38,857 nucleotides of DNA from Caldithrix sp. (GTDB taxonomy: Bacteria > Zhuqueibacterota > Zhuqueibacteria > Thermofontimicrobiales > Sulfurfontimicrobiaceae): the NCBI GenBank assembly GCA_020722815.1, contig DYKB01000065.1:1-38857 (forward strand). Reading direction: 5' to 3'. A program made the translations under genes and the position numbers. Below the pieces are notes generated by a model. That model ran no database searches. It had not been told where the DNA came from and saw only the letters and a program-made list of their open reading frames with translations. Below, piece after piece: positions 18,368 through 27,926 of this stretch; the first letter of the stretch is position 1; each line of letters starts with the position of its first letter.

Positions 18368-19834
18368 CTATAAATAAAGCTTTTCAATCAGATAAAAAAT
18401 AGTCGTGATCCAGAAAACGCTTAGCACGGTTAAAAAAAATCCTGATTTGAACATTTGTTTTAGCGAGACGCCCGGCACCCCTGCATAAGCGATGGCATTT
18501 ATTGGACTGGCCATCGGTGTCATAAAAGCAGCACTGGCGGCCATTGTCACCGATAAAAGAAAATAGACTGGACTCAAATTTAAATTTTCGGCAATCCGGA
18601 TAAGGAGTGGCGCCATAATTAACAAAATCGTTGTATTATTGATAATTTGGGTGAAAAAAATGGCAACAACATTAATTGCCAGAAAAAAGAGTAACATTTC
18701 ATCACCTTTGGGAATCAGCATAATCGATATTTTCTCTAAAAACTGGATTACATACCCATCCATCTCAGGGGTCGCTGGAATATCCCCCCACATCGAAAAC
18801 CAGTAAACAAAGCCGATAATCAGCCCCATAAAAATCAAACCGAGAAACGGCAAATCATAAATCAATTGATTAATTGAGACAAATGTCCGCTTGTTTTTTT
18901 GTTTCAGGTCGATATTTTTCTTATTGAAAAATTGAAACCAGATCCAATTAATAATTTGCGTGATCCCACTTTCCAGCCGTTTTATAAAATTACCAGAAAT
19001 TGAAAATTTCAGGCGATTTTTTAATTCTTTCATGAGTTCTATCACAGCAATAAATGGCGCAGAGATCAGAAATAGAGTCAGGTAAATTAAATTCTGGCCG
19101 AAAAAAATTAAGCGCTTATTGCCGCGTGGCACAATGAACGCAAAAAAGATAAAACAGGCCAAATAAATTAAAAAAATGATGTCAATTATATTAAAGTTCT
19201 GAATGATATTGTTCGGTTTGGCGATAAATTGAACCGCGGTTAATATGATAATTAATAAAATATTTATAATAAAAAAGAACAGATATTTTTTAAAACCGGC
19301 TGGTGCTTCTTGACCTGATGATAATTCAAAATTTTGATGAAAAACCATCTTCTTTTCATTCAATTTTAAGATAAAGCGACTGAATAATAATAAAATTATC
19401 GTTCCGGGAATTCCCAATATAAGCCAGGAGAAAAAAGTGATATTTTCTCTGCCCGGGAAACGATAAAATTCGATGAGTCCCAGATAAACAATATTTAATC
19501 CTGACCCAATAAGAGACCCCATCCCGCCAATATTCGATCCATAAATCAATGCCAGCACAAGAATTGTCGCCGATTGTTCTTTCAATTCCTTCTCGGGTAT
19601 TCCTTCCAGTATATATTTAATGATGGGGATCATGGTGAGAATCACCACCGTATTGGAAAAAAAAAGCGACAGCGTGTATGAACTAATGAGTAGCCCGGTC
19701 ACCATCGTGGAAATATTGAGTTTTGACCGCATCAACAATCTATCGATAAAATAGCAATGCATATTGGCATCAATCATCACGCGTGAAATTAAAAAACTCA
19801 ACACAACAATTATTGTATTTTGCATCCAATTCAT
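18368..19834 (-). CDS. Polytopic permease of the ArsB/NhaD/DASS (SLC13-like) ion-transporter superfamily
   Basis: 12+ TM helices. Two hairpin signature motifs GSGLNIV and ASPINAI (S/T-x-x-N type). Very AT-rich coding sequence. Confidence 0.5.
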   Translation of the reverse strand: MNWMQNTIIVVLSFLISRVMIDANMHCYFIDRLLMRSKLNISTMVTGLLISSYTLSLFFSNTVVILTMIPIIKYILEGIPEKELKEQSATILVLALIYGSNIGGMGSLIGSGLNIVYLGLIEFYRFPGRENITFFSWLILGIPGTIILLLFSRFILKLNEKKMVFHQNFELSSGQEAPAGFKKYLFFFIINILLIIILTAVQFIAKPNNIIQNFNIIDIIFLIYLACFIFFAFIVPRGNKRLIFFGQNLIYLTLFLISAPFIAVIELMKELKNRLKFSISGNFIKRLESGITQIINWIWFQFFNKKNIDLKQKNKRTFVSINQLIYDLPFLGLIFMGLIIGFVYWFSMWGDIPATPEMDGYVIQFLEKISIMLIPKGDEMLLFFLAINVVAIFFTQIINNTTILLIMAPLLIRIAENLNLSPVYFLLSVTMAASAAFMTPMASPINAIAYAGVPGVSLKQMFKSGFFLTVLSVFWITTIFYLIEKLYL

Positions 19835-20148
19835 TTATTTATGGCTCCTATATTCCAAAACGGGACAACCATCTCAACTCTTTTGCAGGCATTTTTAGTT
19901 TTGCCGGGTAGTCTTTTTTTTCAAATTCATACTATTCAAAATAAAGCGAAACGCCGTTCCTCAATTGCTGATTAATATTTCAGTTTTCTTTTTACAGCGA
20001 ATTTTCGAGTTTGTTTCCAGAAATTTTCAAGCAAATTGAGGTTAAATTTTTCATCAAAATGTTACCGGACATTCACACATCCTTAATAAATATTTTATAT
20101 TTTTTTTAAAATTCTTTAGTGGTTTTTTAAATTAAATATGAAAAGGCC

Positions 20149-21006
20149 ATGGTCAATTCTCTGTTTTTAAAACGAACGATTCAGATTTTAAACACCGATT
20201 TCCCGCTGCTAAATACGGCGTTACGTCGGCTCATTAAACTGCTAATGATCTGTTTAGGGCATTTGATCCATGTCGTTCATGAAGAACGCTTATTTTTCAC
20301 ACCAGAGCCGGTCATATTTGTCAGCAATCATAATACCTCCTATGAGACCTTCATGTTGGCGCTTTACCTGGTCTACCGCAGACAGGGGAAAATGGTCAGC
20401 TTCGTCATCGATTGGATGTATGGGGTAATTCCCGGATTAAGCTGGCTTTTTCGGCAATGCAATCCGATTTATGTTTATAATAAACCATCAAAACTGTTCT
20501 GGATGAATCGAAAACGCAAAGTGTTTCAACAAGCGCCAGTTTATGAACAATGTATCGCGCGTCTAAATGCGGGTCGCAGTATTGCCATCTTTCCAGAAGG
20601 CACCCGGAATCGGCACCCGGTGAATTTAAAACGGGGACGCAAAGGTGTGGCACAAATTGCACTGGAAACCGGAATTCCTGTAGTTCCGATTGGTATTGAT
20701 TTCCCCCAAAAAATGAAAAAAGGTGAAATCCCGAAATTTGGGCATATCATTTTTCGTATTGGAACTCCCATGCGGTTTATGGATGAAGTACAACGATATC
20801 AAAGAAACACGAATAATCAACTCCTATCACCCGAAAAGGTGAAGACAAATAACCAGCCGCTGATTAATCAAATTACATACCAAATTATGCAGCGATTGGC
20901 GGATTTATCCAACAAAAAATATCCATATAACTCGCCTGATAGTCAAGTCAATCCGGAACAAACGGTTTTCACCATAAAATTGCCAAAGGAGGAAATTTAT
21001 GTCTAA
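20149..21006 (+). CDS. Lysophospholipid/1-acyl-glycerol-3-phosphate acyltransferase (PlsC/LPLAT family; OlsA-like)
   Basis: Block I SNHNTSYE (HX4D/E variant). Block III FPEGTRNR. Block IV PVVPIGI. Confidence 0.65.
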   Translation: MVNSLFLKRTIQILNTDFPLLNTALRRLIKLLMICLGHLIHVVHEERLFFTPEPVIFVSNHNTSYETFMLALYLVYRRQGKMVSFVIDWMYGVIPGLSWLFRQCNPIYVYNKPSKLFWMNRKRKVFQQAPVYEQCIARLNAGRSIAIFPEGTRNRHPVNLKRGRKGVAQIALETGIPVVPIGIDFPQKMKKGEIPKFGHIIFRIGTPMRFMDEVQRYQRNTNNQLLSPEKVKTNNQPLINQITYQIMQRLADLSNKKYPYNSPDSQVNPEQTVFTIKLPKEEIYV

Positions 21007-21652
21007 AGTCACGACAATCAAAGTGCTGAATGAAGAAACACGAAAGCCGGCACTGCAAATTATCGAAGCCGTATTTCTAAAAGAAAAAAATTGGCTCTTT
21101 AATGCGGATGAACAAATTCCAGTCGATATTGGCACCAGTTCCAGATTTTCCTGGTTTTTAGCGTATGTCAATGATGAGCCGGCTGGTGTGATGAGATTGG
21201 TTTATGACCCGCCACTACAGCTTCCTGAAAATTTTCAGGTCACGTTACGAGAGGATATAAATCTGGATGAAATTGCCAAACAGGGAAAATTTGTTGAAGT
21301 CGGACGATTTATGATTCTTCCCAAATATCGTCGCCGAATTTTAGTGGCTTTACGCTTGATGCGAATTGCAGTTCAGGAAGTGGTTGAACGGGATTATACA
21401 CATTTTATCACCGATGTGTTTGAAAATGAAGTCCATTCCCCATTTAATTTTCACACCCGGATTTTAGGTTTTGAGGTGATTGGAAAGCATCTTTATGGCG
21501 AATTAAATTGCAGTTGTACACGTATTATTCTGACATTGGATATTTTAAAGGCATATAAACGGATAAAAGAACGGCGGGGTCATGTTTATCAGGCAGTTTT
21601 AGCGGGACTTACGGATATCCTGGATAAAAAATTGGCGCAACAAGCCCATTGA
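20999..21652 (+). CDS. GNAT-fold N-acyltransferase-like protein (OlsB/GlsB-like putative aminolipid N-acyltransferase). Overlaps the PlsC-like gene by 8 bp.
   Basis: ~217 aa. Central VEVGRFMILPKYRR motif resembles the acyl-amino-acid synthase / AHL-synthase-like GNAT core. Translationally coupled to an O-acyltransferase. Confidence 0.45.
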   Translation: MSKVTTIKVLNEETRKPALQIIEAVFLKEKNWLFNADEQIPVDIGTSSRFSWFLAYVNDEPAGVMRLVYDPPLQLPENFQVTLREDINLDEIAKQGKFVEVGRFMILPKYRRRILVALRLMRIAVQEVVERDYTHFITDVFENEVHSPFNFHTRILGFEVIGKHLYGELNCSCTRIILTLDILKAYKRIKERRGHVYQAVLAGLTDILDKKLAQQAH

Positions 21653-21939
21653 TAATCAACCGGCAGGTTTGAAATTTTCTTTAAATAGTTTATCAGCCGC
21701 AAATTTCACCATCCAAATGCAGTTTTATTTTTTTATGCTTGCAACAAATTCAAATTAAATTTATATTCATGCTGGCCGAAAATCTGCAATATTCTTTTTC
21801 AATTTAAATGCTTCAATAATCTGAAATGATAATGATTGAAAAAAATTCAGTAATATTGTTTTTTCATTTAAATGATAAATCATATTTTTGTGATAATAAC
21901 TGTTTTTCTGGTGCATAAAAATTATGAGAAAATTCTGAT

Positions 21940-22425
21940 ATGTTTGAAACAAATAATTTGGCTCAACTTCTGACCGAATATGGTGTCTATTCCGGTTCAT
22001 TTTTAATCAATATCTTAAGCGGTTTTATCCCGGTTATCAATTCAGAAGTTTTTCTCGTGCTCATTTCAACGACGCTGAGTAAAGCCCTTTTTCTTCCTGT
22101 TCTCCTCATTTCGGCGACAGGGCAGATGCTGGCAAAAGTAGTCATGTATTTAGCTGGACGAGGAATTTTAAAGATTTCATTTAAAAAATATGAAGAAAAA
22201 ATGAATGAAGTATTGCTCAAAATGCAAAAATGGCAGTCAAAAACCGGCATTTTTCTGTTTATTAGCTCATTTACCGGCTTCCCACCGTTCTATCTGGTGA
22301 CAATTGCCGCGGGAATGATTAAAATGAATCTCATCCAATTTTTTATTTTTGGATTCGCCGGCCGATTTTTGCGATTTACTTTGCTGTTGTATTTTCCCTA
22401 CTACTTTAAAGAAATATTCTGGTAA
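21940..22425 (+). CDS. Small DedA/YqaA-like (VTT-domain) membrane protein
   Basis: 161 aa, 4 TM helices, G-F-P-P-F re-entrant motif. Confidence 0.4.
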   Translation: MFETNNLAQLLTEYGVYSGSFLINILSGFIPVINSEVFLVLISTTLSKALFLPVLLISATGQMLAKVVMYLAGRGILKISFKKYEEKMNEVLLKMQKWQSKTGIFLFISSFTGFPPFYLVTIAAGMIKMNLIQFFIFGFAGRFLRFTLLLYFPYYFKEIFW

Positions 22426-22498
22426 GGATTTTCCGACCCAAATTGGTCGATTCCATTGATTATTGTTTTGATAGATCACCATAATCTCTAGTGAATCA

Positions 22499-23908
22499 TT
22501 ACAAATATAATCTTCGCCGCCGATGCATATAAATACCGGCGCCAATACCTGAAATAATCAATAGAATAGCAAATGAATTTCGCGCCAGTTTTCGAATTTT
22601 TGACGACGCCCGATACCGCTGGTTGACCAGACCAGTCCACTGATTCAATTTTTCATTGCGGAAAACCGGATCGCGCCAATGATTTCCCCGACTGATGCTA
22701 TCAGCTTCTTCTTCCGTAATCGGAATATGACTGAGATACTTTAAGACTGAATCGATTTTCCCCGCTTTCATTGCCCCGCGCCAAACATTTCGAAGGTCCC
22801 GATGTGGTTCAATAACAAAAGTGCCGATGAGATCATTAACAATGCCCCAACGAATGGCCCCTTTGCCAGCATTATAAATAAAATTGGATTTCCACTTGAA
22901 TGGATTCATCTGAACCGCAGTCCGTCCTTTGATTTCCGGATACAGTGCCGGAAGTACACTAAATTTTGCCAGATCAAATTGCTGCGGTCCGTCTGGTTCG
23001 CCTTTTTTAAGAATCCAGATTTTTTGGCCGGTTTTTGAAAACAAGAAATTCATAAATTCACGCGCGACAGGAAGATTGGGCGCTCCTTTTAATATGCAAA
23101 TGCCATCACCGGCGATAATTGTTAGATCTGATGGCATGACAAAGCCAATCATGTCCTCTCCAAACGCCTGAGCCTGCGCCCAGGCGAAAGAATCCATTGT
23201 CAAGCCATAAGCGACTTCACCCTGCGACACATTTTTTGGCGTCTGTGCCCCATAAGCAGTGAAACTACGGGTATTTGCACCCATTGCCACGATAACTTCC
23301 CACCCTTTTTCCCAGCCATAAGCCTGAAGGATGATTTCAAAAGTTGCGTGAATACTTCCACTCTTTCGCGGATCGGCAGAACCAACCCATGAATAAAGCT
23401 CGGGACGCATTAAATCATCCCAGGTGATAGGTTCCGGAAGTCCTAATTTTTTCAGCGCCAGTTTATTATACATAATGCCAAATCCAGCCAATGTTGCTGC
23501 ATACCAGTGAGAATCCGGGTCATAAAGGGGGATTCCATTAATATCCGGAGGAATGTCCTGCAATAATGAATCGGGTAACCGATAGGGAAAAGACAGCCCC
23601 ACGCGTTTTAGTTCATCATAAGGTTCAATCCCGCCGCCAAAAAACAGATCAATCCCAATGCCATCGGGTTTATTCTTAAACTCGGACCGGATAAAACGAA
23701 GAATATCTGAAGCGCCGCCAATATCCAACCAGGTAAATTCTATGGTTCGCTGGTACTTCTGGAGATAATGTTTCTCAAACGCGTGCTGAAACTCTAATTT
23801 CACCCCTTCCCAATGCGGAGAAAGGATCACAAGCCGATCCTGAGCCTGGAGATGAATAATGGTGACTATACTGAAAATAAAAAACAATTTTAATTTTGTT
23901 TTGGACAT
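22499..23908 (-). CDS. Extracytoplasmic solute-binding protein (ABC-type family-1 SBP fold) with a C-terminal TM anchor. No permease or ATPase partner in the window.
   Basis: Signal peptide. SBP-like bilobal motif spacing. C-terminal hydrophobic segment ILLIISGIGAGIYMHRRRR. Confidence 0.4.
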   Translation of the reverse strand: MSKTKLKLFFIFSIVTIIHLQAQDRLVILSPHWEGVKLEFQHAFEKHYLQKYQRTIEFTWLDIGGASDILRFIRSEFKNKPDGIGIDLFFGGGIEPYDELKRVGLSFPYRLPDSLLQDIPPDINGIPLYDPDSHWYAATLAGFGIMYNKLALKKLGLPEPITWDDLMRPELYSWVGSADPRKSGSIHATFEIILQAYGWEKGWEVIVAMGANTRSFTAYGAQTPKNVSQGEVAYGLTMDSFAWAQAQAFGEDMIGFVMPSDLTIIAGDGICILKGAPNLPVAREFMNFLFSKTGQKIWILKKGEPDGPQQFDLAKFSVLPALYPEIKGRTAVQMNPFKWKSNFIYNAGKGAIRWGIVNDLIGTFVIEPHRDLRNVWRGAMKAGKIDSVLKYLSHIPITEEEADSISRGNHWRDPVFRNEKLNQWTGLVNQRYRASSKIRKLARNSFAILLIISGIGAGIYMHRRRRLYL

Positions 23909-23943
23909 GTTTAAATCGTAAAAACATTTCTTAATTTTTTATC

Positions 23944-24492
23944 TTAAAAATTTAAATTCAATTCCCTGGCCGTAAATAAAAGCCCCATAATCGTTTTGCT
24001 ATCCCGAAATCGTTCCTGTTTGAGCCATTCGAGTGCTGTTTGAAACGGAAGTTTGATGTGCTCCAGAAATTCTTCCTGATCCGGCTGAAAATCTGGTTGG
24101 ACTTCAAGTTCTGTTGCCAGAAAAATCTTAATAACACCGGTGGAATAGCCTTCCGCATGATAATATGAAACCAACTTTTTCAGTTTGCCGGCCCGAATTC
24201 CAATTTCTTCCAACAATTCTCTTCGAGCGGTTTTTTCCGGTGATTCCGAAGGTTCAATAATACCGGCCGGGATTTCAATCAATGTTTCATTCACGGCCGG
24301 TCGCGAATGTCGGACGAAATGAACATTATTTTCGTTATCCAGTGCCAATATTGCAACAGCGTCACGTGGAACCACAATATCACGCATGGCATGACGGTCG
24401 TCCGGCAATGCAACTTCCCAGCGCTCAAACGATAAATAATTGCCCTTGTAAATCTGTTCTTTATGAACAACAACTTCTTCGATATTTTTCAT
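23944..24492 (-). CDS. NUDIX hydrolase (ADP-ribose / nucleotide-sugar pyrophosphatase type)
   Basis: Nudix box GIIEPSESPEKTARRELLEEIGI. Confidence 0.8.
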   Translation of the reverse strand: MKNIEEVVVHKEQIYKGNYLSFERWEVALPDDRHAMRDIVVPRDAVAILALDNENNVHFVRHSRPAVNETLIEIPAGIIEPSESPEKTARRELLEEIGIRAGKLKKLVSYYHAEGYSTGVIKIFLATELEVQPDFQPDQEEFLEHIKLPFQTALEWLKQERFRDSKTIMGLLFTARELNLNF

Positions 24493-24494
24493 TA

Positions 24495-26414
24495 CTATTT
24501 CCTGAATTCAATCATGGCATTTAAATAAGCCTCAGGCATCCCGGTATCGAAACGCTGGCCATCGACTACCACGCCATAAATGCCATCCAGTTGTCGGACT
24601 TTATCCAGCGCCGGGGTGAATTGAAATTCACCATGATCGCGGAGATTATTTTTAATTATTTCTTCCAGAAATCCAAAAATGGCCGGCTGTAAAACATAAA
24701 GACCAAAAATTGTCAAAAACTCATTTTCTGCCAGATTTTCAACCCGGAGATTATTTTTAGCATAATCCAGCGAGGGCTTTTCGAAAATTTCCGTGATATT
24801 CAATTCCTTGCCTGGCTCAATCCAAGTGCCCGTGACTGCACCATATTTACTGAGTTCGGTGGCCGGGGTTGTTTTTAAGCCAATGACATTTTTAGAATGT
24901 CGATGATAAATATTTAATACTTGCTTTGCACAGGAAACCGCAGTATTGGAACGATACAAATGATCACCCAGCATGAGTAAAAATGGCTCATTTTTAATCC
25001 ACTCTCTGGCACAAAAAACCGCATGGCCAAAACCTTCCTGCGATTCCTGGGGAATGATGCTGATTTTACGCCCAATCTCTTCCAGATAACGGGTATATTC
25101 TTTGAATTTATTTGGTAAATGATTCAAATGATAAGGCGACAGGGGTTGATTAAAGAAATCATTAAAAAATTCCACATCATTTTTATCCACCACCAGACAA
25201 ATTTCTTCTATGCCAGCCGCCAGGGCTTCTTCAATGATCACCAGAATAATTGGTTTCATCAATCCATCCCGATCCAGAATCGGGAAAAGCTCCTTTTTCA
25301 GCGTCTTGGTAGCCGGATATAATGGCGATCCAAATCCACCGGCCGTAATAACCGCTTTTTTCACCACTTTGGGTGGCGAGAGATGAAATCGCAAACATTT
25401 CACATCCAATTCTGTTTCCAGAATCTGGATGACCTTTTCCTGTTCAGCCGGACCTTTGGCCAATAACTGGGCGGTACCATCCCCCTGGGAACCGACCCCT
25501 TTCCCACCATAAATATAAGGCTGAATCGCCGGATAGTTTAACACCAGGTGCAATTTGGGCGCAGTTAACTGCGATAGACAGGCGGGCTTAAGATATTTGT
25601 CGAACATTTCCTGGGCCTTGCTTAAAATGGCCCCCAATTTTTCAGCGCTCCCCTCCTCGATGGCTTTCATGCCGTCCATGACAATCTGTTTATTCAACGG
25701 CCCCAGGTAATGCTGTACACCCTTGCCAATTTCCGAATCCGGAAACGGGTAATGTTGATTTAATTTTTGCAGGATTTCTTTCGTATCCTTTTCAGCATTC
25801 AAATCAACGATAATAAAATAAAAATCCCCACCGGCATTAAGTTCCTTTACGTTCAAAATATCCCGGTCATACTCCATTAAAATGGGACGCGTACCAAAAG
25901 CACACCCCTGATCCATTCGTCCGCAGCGGGAAGGAGTTGTTAATTCGCCCTGATAGGCCGCCTCCATTTCACCGCGAATGGTCATTTTCAGATCATAAAT
26001 CCGATTAAAAGCGCGTGCCACCAGCACACAAAATGCCGCAGAAGAGGAAAGCCCTTTTTTTAAGGGGAGATCCATCTTGTAACTCCGGATACTCAACCCT
26101 TTGACATGATAATTTGTCAGAATCACATACGCCACGCCAGCCGCATAGCTAAAAAAGCCACCTTTTTCAGCTTCATCCAGCAAGGCTTGTTTCTCCATGG
26201 AAATCTCATACGGTCCTAAAACCCGTCCATCATATAATTCACTGGTGAGAACCAATTTATTTGGATGCGATTCAACGGTGGCATAGATCCCCTGATTCGT
26301 TCCGGAAATAATCGTATAGCCTTTTTCCAGTGCAGAATTAATTCGCCGATAACCACCAGCCCAATCTGAGTGCTCTCCCAACAAGCAAATACGTCCTGGA
26401 ACAAATAAATCCAT
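24495..26414 (-). CDS. Bifunctional fusion: N-terminal GHMP sugar-1-kinase (galactokinase-like) and C-terminal GalU-like sugar-1-phosphate nucleotidyltransferase
   Basis: Galactokinase signature GRICLLGEHSDWAGG. GHMP ATP motif PLKKGLSSSAAFCV. GalU-like KAVITAGGFGSPLYPATKTLKKELFPI and GFGHAVFCAREWIKNEPFLLMLGDHLY. Confidence 0.75.
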   Translation of the reverse strand: MDLFVPGRICLLGEHSDWAGGYRRINSALEKGYTIISGTNQGIYATVESHPNKLVLTSELYDGRVLGPYEISMEKQALLDEAEKGGFFSYAAGVAYVILTNYHVKGLSIRSYKMDLPLKKGLSSSAAFCVLVARAFNRIYDLKMTIRGEMEAAYQGELTTPSRCGRMDQGCAFGTRPILMEYDRDILNVKELNAGGDFYFIIVDLNAEKDTKEILQKLNQHYPFPDSEIGKGVQHYLGPLNKQIVMDGMKAIEEGSAEKLGAILSKAQEMFDKYLKPACLSQLTAPKLHLVLNYPAIQPYIYGGKGVGSQGDGTAQLLAKGPAEQEKVIQILETELDVKCLRFHLSPPKVVKKAVITAGGFGSPLYPATKTLKKELFPILDRDGLMKPIILVIIEEALAAGIEEICLVVDKNDVEFFNDFFNQPLSPYHLNHLPNKFKEYTRYLEEIGRKISIIPQESQEGFGHAVFCAREWIKNEPFLLMLGDHLYRSNTAVSCAKQVLNIYHRHSKNVIGLKTTPATELSKYGAVTGTWIEPGKELNITEIFEKPSLDYAKNNLRVENLAENEFLTIFGLYVLQPAIFGFLEEIIKNNLRDHGEFQFTPALDKVRQLDGIYGVVVDGQRFDTGMPEAYLNAMIEFRK

Positions 26415-26725
26415 TGCACGCTCCTTTTTTTAGGGGTTGAAAATGCGTTTGACGAATCGTGATTCGCCATGAAGCATGTGTCTTCATGGCAATATTCGAT
26501 TTGAATATATTTCCGAAATTTTAAATTACAAAAATATTGAAATTAAAGCAAGCAAAATTCTCGATGAGATGGTTTCAGCATCAATTGCATTCAATTTTTA
26601 CAAGGCAAATTGGCAATTTGCCCAACGATGCGCGGCCAAAACTCTTTTTTCCCGGTGCTGTCGGTACAAATTTTGCACAAAAATCATTTTAAAAAGGAAT
26701 TGTTAATAAAATTTCAGGAAGAAAA

Positions 26726-27127
26726 ATGATGAAATATCCAGGGTTAATGACTATTTTACACATATTGCTAATTTCACCACTTGTGATTCCCCAAAATTTT
26801 ACCACCCAGCCAAAATTATCGGCTTGTCCAACCGCCATGATGACACAAGTGCCTTCAGCCACCACAATTATTAATGATCGGTATCACTTTGCCCAACCGG
26901 TGTTTCTTTTTCAAAGAATAGCTCCCATGACAACTGCTGCCCTGCCGATGAGAAAAATTATTAAAACTGATGATCGGGCATTTGATAAGAAAGTGTTTTT
27001 CAGGTTGGTGACGGGGAAAAATCTAATGATTAAAAATTTCGTCAATCAGCTAATTTTACCAGATTCTTCGTTCATATTGAATAATCAACCACCAAAACCA
27101 CCGCAACGATTTATACGAAAGAAATAG
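26726..27127 (+). CDS. Hypothetical small secreted protein
   Basis: ORF with an N-terminal signal-peptide-like segment. No recognisable domain. Confidence 0.25.
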   Translation: MMKYPGLMTILHILLISPLVIPQNFTTQPKLSACPTAMMTQVPSATTIINDRYHFAQPVFLFQRIAPMTTAALPMRKIIKTDDRAFDKKVFFRLVTGKNLMIKNFVNQLILPDSSFILNNQPPKPPQRFIRKK

Positions 27128-27147
27128 TTAAAATTTATGCTACCCCC

Positions 27148-27706
27148 GCTTTACCAAACCTTGCGCCTTTTGAGGTCAGTCCAGAATTTGGTTTTAAATC
27201 ACCATTAATTGTTATTCACGCTCCGGGTTAAAGGTTTGGCAAAGCCCACGCGCCGCTTTGCCAAACCTCGCCGAATCACCAACTGGTGAGAAACGCAAAA
27301 ATCGTCCTGAAAAGCCGAAACGTGGTTTGTGAATCTGGTTTGGTAAAGCTTGAGCTGCGTAAAAACCTCGAGTACAAGCTTTACCAAACCTTGCACCTTT
27401 CGGGGTCAGGTCAGGATTGGTTTTTAAATCACCATTAATTGTTATTTACGCTCCGGGTTGAAGGTTTGGGAAAGCTTATTCACCGCTTTGCCAAACCTCG
27501 CCGAATCACCAACTGGTGAGAAACGCAAAAATCGTCCTGAAAAACCGAAACGTGGTTTGTAAATCTGGTTTGGTAAAGCTTGGGGTGACCTGAGAGCTTG
27601 GGAAAAAGCTTTACCAAACCTTGCGCCCTTTGTGGTATGGTCAGGTATTGCTTTTAAACCACCTTCAGATATTCAATGACATTCCGGATTATAGGTTTGG
27701 CAAAGC
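27148..27706. repeat. Tandem array (2.4 copies, period 230 bp) of a ~202-bp unit bounded by inverted 13-mers GCTTTACCAAACC ... GGTTTGGTAAAGC, with an internal hairpin GGTTTGGCAAAGC-N10-GCTTTGCCAAACC
   Basis: Units at 27148..27349, 27378..27579 and 27608..~27706. The 28-bp spacers between units differ. Confidence 0.8.
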
Positions 27707-27715
27707 TCCCTGCTT

Positions 27716-27832
27716 TACTATCATCGCGCAATGTTTTGCATTAAATTCATTTTGCATCGCTATCATCGCGCACTGTTTTGCATCAAAATTATTTTGCATA
27801 GCTATCAACGCCCAATGTTCAGAATTTAGAAC
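27716..27832. repeat. About 2.7 copies of a 42-bp tandem repeat (TCATCGCGCAMTGTTTTGCAT + YAAATTCATTTTGCATMGCTA)
   Basis: Read directly. It also generates a spurious Cys/Ala-rich ORF at 27621..27860. Confidence 0.7.
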
Positions 27833-27926
27833 GCTTTGTTTTGTTGAAAATGGCCTTTGATTGAAAGTAAGTATTCAGTTTAGTTTAAAGATTATGCTTT
27901 TTCAGGGAGAGTTTGCAAAAATTTAT

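Noticed and set aside
27148-27832. Possible CRISPR array
   Set aside because: Repeat units are 202 bp and 42 bp, not 24-48 bp with similar-length unique spacers. There are only 2-3 copies, no cas genes, and the repeats contain long internal inverted repeats.
27621-27860. 79-aa Cys/Ala-rich ORF
   Set aside because: It is produced by translating the 42-bp tandem DNA repeat, so the repeat period explains the peptide periodicity.
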